Positions 56,358 through 64,000 of a stretch of DNA of 64,000 nucleotides are shown piece after piece (the stretch's first letter is position 1; the number at the start of each line of letters is the position of its first letter). Origin of the DNA: Bacteroidales bacterium (GTDB lineage: Bacteria > Bacteroidota > Bacteroidia > Bacteroidales > GWF2-38-335); assembly GCA_016936815.1 (NCBI GenBank), contig JAFGXD010000114.1, positions 5,377 through 69,376 of the forward strand, in the 5' to 3' direction. Under the pieces are notes generated by a model. The model made no database searches. It was not told where the DNA came from and worked only from the letters and a program-made list of their open reading frames with translations. The position numbers and the translations under genes are program-made.

Positions 56358-57651
56358 GGTTAGAGATTTTATTCAGATATTCTGCAATTTTTTTGGTCTG
56401 ATTTTCATTAGAGAGATACGACACTTCTCCTTTTTCAATAAAATTCTTTCCTTCTAAAAATAAGTTATATTTATTCACAATAAAGTCTCTCGTTTCTTTA
56501 AAATCTTCATATTCAATAGTTTTTCCTGCTCCTACTTTGGTAATAATCTTATCCACATCGCTGTTTTTTGGTCCCAATGCCAGTATTGGTCGGTAAGCCC
56601 TTAAATTTTCGTAAATTTTTCCGGGTATTCTTCCCATTACATTATCGGCTTTGTTTAAAGGAAGTAGTAAAATATGAGCTTTTACTGTTAGTTGAAGCGC
56701 TTCGGGCTTTGTAATATTTCCAAGCTCCACAAGATTTTCCTCAAGCCCTTTTTCCTTAAGAACTTCCTTTACCGAAAAGTCAATGTTTCCTGCAAATTTC
56801 AGCTTTAGCTTTTCAGAAAATCCCGGGATTTCCTTTTTTAGCTCAGAAAGAACTTCAAACAACACATCCGGCTTTCTGTCGTATCCTAACAGTCCTGCAT
56901 GAACTATTGAAAAATCATTATCGGGAGTAAAATCAAGGTTAATGAAATCATCTTCATCATATCCGTAATAAACAGTATCTACATTTTTGGCTCCTATGCT
57001 CTCCAAGTCTTTTGCCCAGGTGGGACTGGCTATAGTAATTTTTTTTGCCGTTGCAAAGGCTTCTTGCTCAAGCTTTCTGTGTTTTTTATCGGCCCACTTA
57101 CTAATCTTAAACATTTTGTAATAATCTACCTGAGTCCATGGATCTTGAAAATCTGCCAACCATGGAATGCCCGTTTTTTGAGATACTCTACAACCTATAA
57201 CTGTATTAGTATGAGGAGGTCCGTCGGTTAATATTGCATCTACAGGATTTTCTTTCAAATATTTTACCAAATATTTAACCGAGGGTTTTATCCATCTGCT
57301 TCTGGCATCGGGAATAAAAAAGTTTCCTCTTATCCAGATTGCCAAATCATCAATTAAACCAACTTTCTTATCTCGGGCATATACCGGATTTGCAGCATCG
57401 TTTTTTTTTCTTCCGGAAAGTTTCTTAAACAATCCGAATGGCTCAGAAATAGGGGTTTTTAAAATTGTAATTCCTTGAGGGATATCTTTTTCGTTGGTTT
57501 TATCTAAATACGGATATGATGCATTTTCCGGAGCATAAATAACAGGTTCCCATCCAAATTTACGTAAATACTTTGCGAATTTAAGACATCTTAAAACTCC
57601 AATTCCGCCTGCCGGTGGCCAGTAATATGTAATTATCAGTACCTTTTTCAA
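56347..57651 (-). CDS. Glycosyltransferase (GT4-like, GT-B fold)
   Basis: N-terminus KVLIITYYWPPAGGIGVLR, typical of GT4-like enzymes. Start overlaps the glyQS stop (ATGA). Confidence 0.6.
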   Translation of the reverse strand: MKKVLIITYYWPPAGGIGVLRCLKFAKYLRKFGWEPVIYAPENASYPYLDKTNEKDIPQGITILKTPISEPFGLFKKLSGRKKNDAANPVYARDKKVGLIDDLAIWIRGNFFIPDARSRWIKPSVKYLVKYLKENPVDAILTDGPPHTNTVIGCRVSQKTGIPWLADFQDPWTQVDYYKMFKISKWADKKHRKLEQEAFATAKKITIASPTWAKDLESIGAKNVDTVYYGYDEDDFINLDFTPDNDFSIVHAGLLGYDRKPDVLFEVLSELKKEIPGFSEKLKLKFAGNIDFSVKEVLKEKGLEENLVELGNITKPEALQLTVKAHILLLPLNKADNVMGRIPGKIYENLRAYRPILALGPKNSDVDKIITKVGAGKTIEYEDFKETRDFIVNKYNLFLEGKNFIEKGEVSYLSNENQTKKIAEYLNKISNHEV

Positions 57652-59189
57652 GCCTGAAGTTTAAATAGGTTTTTTAATGAAACTTTTTCGGAAATTATTC
57701 CGGATAGTTGTTCAATTGGAATTCTTTCCTGCTCCATACTGTCTCTGTAGCGTAATGTTACCATGTTGTCTTCCAAAGTTTGGTGGTCAACTGTAATGCA
57801 AAATGGTGTTCCAACGGCATCCTGACGTCTGTATCGCTTTCCGATACTATCTTTTTCGTCAATCTGACAGTTGAAATCGAACTTCAGATTGTCTATTATT
57901 TCTCTAGCTTTTTCGGGCAAACCGTCTTTTTTAACCAAAGGCATTACCACTGCTTTTACCGGAGCCAAAGCAGCCGGTAATTTCAAAACTACTCTTTCAG
58001 TTCCATCGGCAAGTTTCTCTTCGTTGTAAGCATAAGTCATTATTGCCAAAAATGTTCTGTCTAAACCTATTGAGGTTTCTACCACATAAGGAACATAGCT
58101 TTCGTTTAGCTCAGGATCAAAATATCTAAGTTTCTTGTTGGTGAATTTTTCATGCTGATTTAAATCGAAATCTGTTCTGCTGTGAATTCCTTCAAGTTCT
58201 TTAAATCCAAAAGGAAATTCAAATTCTATGTCGAAGGCAGCATTAGCATAATGTGCAAGCTTTTCGTGTTGGTGAAATCTATATTTTTCGGCAGGGATTC
58301 CCAATGCTTTATGCCATTTCATTCTTTGCTCTTTCCAGTATTCGAACCATGTTAGTTCTTCGCCGGGCTTTACAAAAAATTGAAGCTCCATTTGTTCGAA
58401 CTCTCTCATTCTAAAAATAAACTGTCTTGCAACTATTTCGTTTCTAAATGCTTTTCCGGTTTGTGCTATTCCAAAAGGAATTTTCATTCTTCCGGTTTTT
58501 TGAATATTCAAATAATTTACGAAAATTCCCTGAGCAGTTTCAGGCCTTAAATAAATTGTGTTGGCATCTTCGCTTAAGGAGCCCATTTGTGTGGAAAACA
58601 TAAGGTTAAACTGACGAACTTCTGTCCAGTTTTTGGTTCCCGAAATAGGACAAACTATCTCATTATCAATAATAATCTGACGAATTTCATTTAAATCGTT
58701 TTTTTCCAATGCAGCAACAAAACGCTTGTTAAGCTCATTAATTTTTTCTACATTTCTAATAACATTGGGGTTTGTAGCTAAAAACTGCTCTTTGTTAAAG
58801 GCATCGCCAAACTTCTTCTCAGCTTTTTCTACTTCCTTACTTATTTTTTGCTCATATTTGGCTCTAAAATCTTCAATAAGTACATCGGCTCTGTATCGTT
58901 TTTTTGAATCTTTATTATCAATTAAGGGGTCGTTAAAAGCATCAACATGACCCGAAGCTTTCCAAATTGTGGGGTGCATAAAAATTGCGGAATCAAGTCC
59001 TACAATATTTTCGTGCATTTGTACCATAGATTTCCACCAGTATTCACGAATGTTGTTTTTTAACTCTACACCATTCTGACCGTAATCGTAAACTGCTGAA
59101 AGTCCGTCGTATATTTCCGACGATTGAAAAATAAAACCATATTCCTTGCTGTGAGCAATAATTTTCTTGAAAAGATCTTCCTGTGTCAT
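57648..59189 (-). CDS. glyQS: Glycine--tRNA ligase (homodimeric alpha2 type)
   Basis: N-terminus ...GFIFQSSEIYDGLSAVYDYGQNGVELKNNIREYWW, class II motifs, anticodon-binding C-terminus, 513 aa. Confidence 0.93.
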   Translation of the reverse strand: MTQEDLFKKIIAHSKEYGFIFQSSEIYDGLSAVYDYGQNGVELKNNIREYWWKSMVQMHENIVGLDSAIFMHPTIWKASGHVDAFNDPLIDNKDSKKRYRADVLIEDFRAKYEQKISKEVEKAEKKFGDAFNKEQFLATNPNVIRNVEKINELNKRFVAALEKNDLNEIRQIIIDNEIVCPISGTKNWTEVRQFNLMFSTQMGSLSEDANTIYLRPETAQGIFVNYLNIQKTGRMKIPFGIAQTGKAFRNEIVARQFIFRMREFEQMELQFFVKPGEELTWFEYWKEQRMKWHKALGIPAEKYRFHQHEKLAHYANAAFDIEFEFPFGFKELEGIHSRTDFDLNQHEKFTNKKLRYFDPELNESYVPYVVETSIGLDRTFLAIMTYAYNEEKLADGTERVVLKLPAALAPVKAVVMPLVKKDGLPEKAREIIDNLKFDFNCQIDEKDSIGKRYRRQDAVGTPFCITVDHQTLEDNMVTLRYRDSMEQERIPIEQLSGIISEKVSLKNLFKLQA

Positions 59190-59304
59190 AAATTCAGGTT
59201 ATTAAATTTTAATTTGCCTGCAAAGGTAGTTTATTAGTTGGAAAGTTTAAAGCCTTAAATGTTTGCTTTTTTAAATCCCTTTTGTTTCTTTTGAAGAAAA
59301 AACT

Positions 59305-60090
59305 ATGGATTTAGATTTGAAAAACAGAAATGTAATTGTCTCTGCTGCTGCAAATGGCATTGGAAAAGGCGTTGCAACATCATTTGCAAGGGAAAATGCC
59401 AGAGTAATTTTACTCGATATTAACGAGGAAGATCTTAAAAAGGCTGTTGAAGAAATTGCGGATTTAACAGGAAACAAACCCGACTTTTTTTCCTGCAACC
59501 TAAGAAACCCCGAAGAAATAGCCAAAGCAGTGAGCTACGCCGAAAAACTTAACGGTCCTGTTTGGGCATTATTTAACAATTCAGGCGGTCCTCCGGTTGG
59601 AACTTTTGAAACACTAACAGATGAAAAGTGGCAAATGGCATTTGAATTAACTTTGCTTAATTATGTAAGAATGACAAGAGCTGTATTGCCCGGCATGAAA
59701 AAAAATGGAGGCAGAATAGTTAATCATACATCTACTTCAATTAAAGCCGCAATAGATCAGTTAATGCTTTCAAACTCATTACGAACCGGAATTATGGGTT
59801 TTACAAAAAGCCTAGCCAGAGAGTATGGAAAATTTGGAATTCTTGCCAACGTAATTGCCCCCGGCAGAATAGATACAGAAAGACTTGCAGAGGTTAATAA
59901 AGCTCAGGCAGAAAAAGCAGAACTTTCAATAGAAGAATACATTAGAAAAAATTTAGAAAATATTCCTTTGGGGCGTTATGGAAAAACAGAAGAAATTGGC
60001 AATTTGGCTTTATTTCTATGTTCCCCTTTAAACACTTACATTACCGGGCAATCTGTTTTGGTTGACGGTGGAATGACAGCGGCTTATTAA
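59305..60090 (+). CDS. SDR family oxidoreductase
   Basis: Rossmann motif VSAAANGIGKG, NNSGGP, C-terminal ITGQSVLVDGG. Confidence 0.8.
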   Translation: MDLDLKNRNVIVSAAANGIGKGVATSFARENARVILLDINEEDLKKAVEEIADLTGNKPDFFSCNLRNPEEIAKAVSYAEKLNGPVWALFNNSGGPPVGTFETLTDEKWQMAFELTLLNYVRMTRAVLPGMKKNGGRIVNHTSTSIKAAIDQLMLSNSLRTGIMGFTKSLAREYGKFGILANVIAPGRIDTERLAEVNKAQAEKAELSIEEYIRKNLENIPLGRYGKTEEIGNLALFLCSPLNTYITGQSVLVDGGMTAAY

Positions 60091-60171
60091 ATTTAATGCT
60101 GATCCAATGATGTTTTCAAATTCCCCACAATTTATTAACCTCAAAGAATAAATGAAAAACAATTATTTTTC

Positions 60172-60179
60172 TACCTTTG
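60172..60179 (+). promoter_or_regulatory. -7 promoter box TACCTTTG upstream of cysS
   Basis: Perfect TAnnTTTG match 21 nt upstream of the ATG at 60201. The track TTG start at 60177 lies inside this box, which argues against it. Confidence 0.4.
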
Positions 60180-60200
60180 AGGTCAGAAAACTTTTTTGTT

Positions 60201-61673
60201 ATGACCGACTTATTACTTTACAACACCCTTAGCAGAAACAAAGAAAACTTTAAGCCTATAAACCCGCCAAATGTTGGGCTTTATGTTTGCGGACCAACAG
60301 TTTACGGCGACCCACATTTGGGACATGCCCGACCTGCAATTACTTTTGATATTCTTTTCAGATACCTGAAATATTCCGGTTACAAAGTTAGATATGTTAG
60401 AAATATTACAGATGTTGGTCATTTAGAAAACGATGCCGACAGCGGCGAAGACAAAATTGGGAAAAAAGCCAGACTGGAACAACTGGAACCAATGGAAATT
60501 GTGCAGTATTACACCGAAAGATACCACGAATCCATGAGAATGCTTAATGTGTTAAGTCCAAGTATTGAACCCCGTGCTTCCGGTCATATAATTGAACAAA
60601 TAAAACTGATAGAAGATATTCTAAAAAACGGTTTTGCATACGAGGTAAACGGATCTGTATATTTCGATGTTGAAAAATACAATAAAAAACATCATTACGG
60701 AAAACTCTCAGGCAGAGTGCTTGAAGATTTGTTGGCAAACACAAGAGATTTGGAAGGTCAGGATGAAAAGAAAAACTCTTTCGACTTTGCTCTTTGGAAA
60801 AAAGCATCTCCTGAACATATAATGCACTGGCCATCACCATGGAGCGAGGGTTTTCCGGGTTGGCATTTAGAATGTTCTGCTATGAGTGCCAAATATTTGG
60901 GCGATGAATTCGATATTCATGGCGGCGGAATGGATTTGCAGTTTCCCCATCACGAATGTGAAATTGCCCAAAGCACAGCAGCAAACGGAAAAGAATCGGT
61001 GCATTTTTGGGTTCATAACAATATGATTACCATAAACGGACAAAAAATGGGCAAATCGCTGGGGAATTTTATTACCCTTGAAGAATTTTTCACCGGAAAT
61101 CACAAGCTTCTAACTCAAGCCTACAGCCCAATGACGGTTAGGTTTTTTATTCTTCAGGCACATTACAGAAGCACAGTAGATTTTTCTAATGAAGCCCTTC
61201 AATCAGCAGAAAAAGGAATGCAAAGACTTCTTGCAGCAGTAAAAACTATTGAGAAAATTAAAGCTTCAGAAAATTCATCAGTAGATATTGCAGGCCTTGA
61301 AGAAAAATGCCGAAAAGCAATGAACGACGACCTTAATACCCCTATTTTAATGGCTCATTTGTTCGAAGGCGTTAGAATTATTAATTGTATTTCCGAAAAT
61401 AAAGAAACAATAGATAAAGAGAATCTGAAAAAACTAAAAACTCTTTTCAATGTTTATGTTTTTGAAATTCTGGGGCTTAAAGAAGAAAAAGAAAATAGCA
61501 ACAACGATACTTTAGTTCCCGGTTTGGTAAATATGCTTTTAGAAACTAGAATAAAACTTAAAGCAATGAAAGACTACCAATCTGCAGATCAAATTCGAGA
61601 TGAATTACAAAAAATAGGTTTCATTATTAAAGATAAAAAAGATGGTTTCGACTGGGAATTTTCGGGTAAGTAG
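60201..61673 (+). CDS. cysS: Cysteine--tRNA ligase
   Basis: [17 protein letters not shown] (HIGH), KMGKSLGN (KMSKS), zinc-site Cys/His pattern WHLECS...HHECE. Confidence 0.93.
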   Translation: MTDLLLYNTLSRNKENFKPINPPNVGLYVCGPTVYGDPHLGHARPAITFDILFRYLKYSGYKVRYVRNITDVGHLENDADSGEDKIGKKARLEQLEPMEIVQYYTERYHESMRMLNVLSPSIEPRASGHIIEQIKLIEDILKNGFAYEVNGSVYFDVEKYNKKHHYGKLSGRVLEDLLANTRDLEGQDEKKNSFDFALWKKASPEHIMHWPSPWSEGFPGWHLECSAMSAKYLGDEFDIHGGGMDLQFPHHECEIAQSTAANGKESVHFWVHNNMITINGQKMGKSLGNFITLEEFFTGNHKLLTQAYSPMTVRFFILQAHYRSTVDFSNEALQSAEKGMQRLLAAVKTIEKIKASENSSVDIAGLEEKCRKAMNDDLNTPILMAHLFEGVRIINCISENKETIDKENLKKLKTLFNVYVFEILGLKEEKENSNNDTLVPGLVNMLLETRIKLKAMKDYQSADQIRDELQKIGFIIKDKKDGFDWEFSGK

Positions 61674-62781
61674 TTTAATAAAAGCAGTTTCTGCTGCAAT
61701 TTTGCTGTCTGTGTTTATTTTTCAATCGTGTTCCGATGATAAAGAAAAATCTTCATCCGGGACAAAAAAGCCTGTTGATACCGTTCAAAAACCAATAAAA
61801 AAGGAAATAAGGATGAGTTTTGATTATCCTGCTTCCAATATTCTTATTGCCCATGGTGAAATTGTTCCAATTGAAGCTTCACCAAAGGAGCTTAATGTAA
61901 AACCTGATTCTGCAGTTTTATTTATCAATGGAAAAAGAGTGGTTTCATCTTTGGATTTTCCCCTTCTACATAATTGGAATACAAAAGAAAACAAGCTAGG
62001 AAGACATTCAATAAAGTTAAAATCGTATTTTTCCGGTGAAGAAGAAGAAATATCAACTTCTGTACAAATTAAATCGGAAATTGAGCCGATTATGTACTCC
62101 TACAAAATTGTAAAAAAATACCCACACGACACAAAGGCATATTCTCAGGGTTTGTTTTATGAAGATGGCTTTCTTTACGAAGGAACCGGTCAATATGGCG
62201 AATCTACTATTAGAAAAGTAAGTTTGGAAGACGGCAAAATTCAAGATTATTTTAACATGCCACCAAATATTTTTGGAGAGGGTATTACGATTATAGGCGA
62301 TAATATTTATCAACTAAGTTGGAGAGAAAATAAGGGGTTTGTTTACAACAAAAATAGTTTCGAACTTATTAAGAATTTCGAATTTAGCACAGAAGGCTGG
62401 GGATTAACAAGCGACGGTAAAAAACTTTATATGACAGATGGCTCCAATAAATTATTTGTTTTAGATAAAGACAATTTTAATGTGATTGAAACAATAGAAG
62501 TTTATAATAACAATGGGCCAATAACTAATCTAAACGAACTTGAATATATAAACGGTGAGATTTACGCAAATGTATATCTCACCGATTTTATTGTTATTAT
62601 TAACCCTGAAACAGGGAAGATAACCGGTCAAATAGATTTAACCGGTTTATTAAAAACTACCAATTATACGGGCAATGTTGATGTATTGAACGGCATTGCA
62701 TGGGATTCAAAAACAAAAAGACTATTTATAACCGGCAAACTATGGCCAAATGTTTTTGAAATTTCTTTGGTAAGAAAATAA
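61642..62781 (+). CDS. Glutaminyl-peptide cyclotransferase, plant/bacterial type I beta-propeller, lipoprotein with an N-terminal Ig-like extension
   Basis: Lipobox [16 protein letters not shown]...GTGQYGES...[11 protein letters not shown]...GWGLT...[14 protein letters not shown] pattern of the type I glutamine cyclotransferase family. Overlaps the cysS 3' end by 32 nt. Confidence 0.75.
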   Translation: MVSTGNFRVSSLIKAVSAAILLSVFIFQSCSDDKEKSSSGTKKPVDTVQKPIKKEIRMSFDYPASNILIAHGEIVPIEASPKELNVKPDSAVLFINGKRVVSSLDFPLLHNWNTKENKLGRHSIKLKSYFSGEEEEISTSVQIKSEIEPIMYSYKIVKKYPHDTKAYSQGLFYEDGFLYEGTGQYGESTIRKVSLEDGKIQDYFNMPPNIFGEGITIIGDNIYQLSWRENKGFVYNKNSFELIKNFEFSTEGWGLTSDGKKLYMTDGSNKLFVLDKDNFNVIETIEVYNNNGPITNLNELEYINGEIYANVYLTDFIVIINPETGKITGQIDLTGLLKTTNYTGNVDVLNGIAWDSKTKRLFITGKLWPNVFEISLVRK

Positions 62782-62794
62782 TACCTACAATAAG

Positions 62795-64000
62795 TTAAGC
62801 AATTTTGCCTGCATAATTTTCCTTAAATCTAATTATATGATATTTAGAACGATTTGCAATTCTGTACATTACCGGCACAATAACAAGAGTTAGGAATGTT
62901 GCAAAGCTTAATCCGAAAATTACTGTCCACGACAAAGGTCCCCAAAAATGCGCCATATCACCACCAATGTAAATATTTGGTGCATAGTTAGTTATTAACC
63001 CTTCAAAATCTATATTCATACCCAGAGCCATTGGAAAAAGACCCAAAATTGTAGTAATTGCTGTTAAAAGCACCGGACGAAGTCTAGTTTTTCCTGCCTG
63101 CACAATACATTCCGTTGCTTCGTCGAAAGGTAAGAAATCGTTTTCTCCCAAACCAAGTTCTTCACGTCTTTTTCTTTTCAGCAGATCAATGTAATCAATT
63201 AGCACAATTGCATTATTAACAACCACACCGGCAAGCGAAATAATTCCAATTCCGGTCATTACCACCACAAAACTCATGTTGAAAGTAGCTAGCCCTCCAA
63301 ATACACCAATAGTGCTAAACAATACAGAAGCCAGAATAATAAATGGTTTTACAATAGAATTAAATTGTGAAACAAGAATTAGGAGAATTAGAGCAACGGC
63401 AATAAGCATAGCGTTCATCAAAAATGCCATAGATTCTTGCTGATCTTGTTGTTGACCTCCGGAGAAAGAGTAGGAACAATCTTGATAATCTTTTGGGAAT
63501 TCGATTTTTGCCAACAATTCTTCAATTTTTTCGTTAATTTCAGTTGCATTGAAACCCTCAATCACATTTGAGGAAAGCGTAATAACCCTTTCCATGTCTT
63601 TTCTTCTAACCGAGCCGTAAGTTGTTGTATATTCGAATTCAGCTACCGAAGAAATTGGAACCTGCATAAGTTTACCTCTTGTGTTTCTAAAGGTAATTTT
63701 TTGGTTCATTAGAATTGAAATGTTATTTTTAATATCTTCTGAAAGTCTAAGCTGAATTGGGTATTCATCCTCCCCTTTCTTAAAATTGGAAACCTCTTTT
63801 CCATACAAGGCAGTTCTAATTGTTCCTGCAATTTGAATTGTGGAAAGTCCGAATCTTCTAGCCTTCTCCCTATCGATGTGAATAATAAGTTCTTGCTGTC
63901 CGGTCTGTAAATCCATTGAAAGACCTTCAATACCTTCAATTTCAGAGTTTTCTATTAAAGTTGAAATAGTATCTGCATATTTTATTAATCTGTTGTAATC
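62795..64000 (-). CDS. RND efflux transporter permease (AcrB/HAE1-like), C-terminal part; gene continues past the right window edge
   Basis: The frame stays open upstream of the track Met to position 64000 (DYNRLIKYADTISTLIENSEIEGIEGLSMD...). Periplasmic porter subdomain followed by a C-terminal TM bundle (TM8-12 pattern, ..RLRPVLLTAITTILGLFP..). Confidence 0.8.
   Translation of the reverse strand, partial: DYNRLIKYADTISTLIENSEIEGIEGLSMDLQTGQQELIIHIDREKARRFGLSTIQIAGTIRTALYGKEVSNFKKGEDEYPIQLRLSEDIKNNISILMNQKITFRNTRGKLMQVPISSVAEFEYTTTYGSVRRKDMERVITLSSNVIEGFNATEINEKIEELLAKIEFPKDYQDCSYSFSGGQQQDQQESMAFLMNAMLIAVALILLILVSQFNSIVKPFIILASVLFSTIGVFGGLATFNMSFVVVMTGIGIISLAGVVVNNAIVLIDYIDLLKRKRREELGLGENDFLPFDEATECIVQAGKTRLRPVLLTAITTILGLFPMALGMNIDFEGLITNYAPNIYIGGDMAHFWGPLSWTVIFGLSFATFLTLVIVPVMYRIANRSKYHIIRFKENYAGKIA

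Noticed and set aside
1-64000. Search for CRISPR arrays, transposases, integrases, phage modules, toxin-antitoxin pairs or known defence-system genes
   Set aside because: I saw no regularly spaced direct repeats and no DDE/tyrosine/serine recombinase-like ORFs. All large ORFs are accounted for by housekeeping, envelope or transporter functions.

Overview
This window is an AT-rich, gene-dense (~90% coding) chromosomal segment that looks like a Bacteroidota genome. Four things support that: several proteins with type IX secretion (T9SS) C-terminal sorting domains, the conserved block uppS-bamA-ompH-ompH, TAnnTTTG-type -7 promoter boxes, and Gln at +1 after nearly every signal peptidase I site. 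Most of the content is core housekeeping: four aminoacyl-tRNA synthetases (ileS, glyQS, cysS and the gatDE pathway), topoisomerase IV parE/parC, bamA/skp/uppS, lgt, mtaB, aspC, suhB-like, two rhomboids and a Na/Pi cotransporter. There are also three large T9SS cargo proteins, two small ABC exporter modules (one TetR-controlled) and one tRNA-Ser(CGA). I found no CRISPR array, transposase, integrase, phage genes or recognisable defence system. The most unusual element is an adjacent, co-oriented gatE-gatD pair encoding the archaeal-type Glu-tRNA(Gln) amidotransferase, embedded between clearly bacterial genes. Lesser observations are a beta-clamp-binding-like QMSLF motif at the end of a long acidic ParC tail, a 20-bp perfect repeat (putative TetR operator) before both tetR and its ABC exporter, an imperfect direct repeat bracketing a COG1373-type AAA ATPase gene, a ~640-bp noncoding gap, tandem outer-membrane barrel paralogs, and a plant/bacterial-type glutaminyl cyclase alongside the Q-rule signal peptides. 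All functional calls rest on motif and family recognition by eye; no database search was run.
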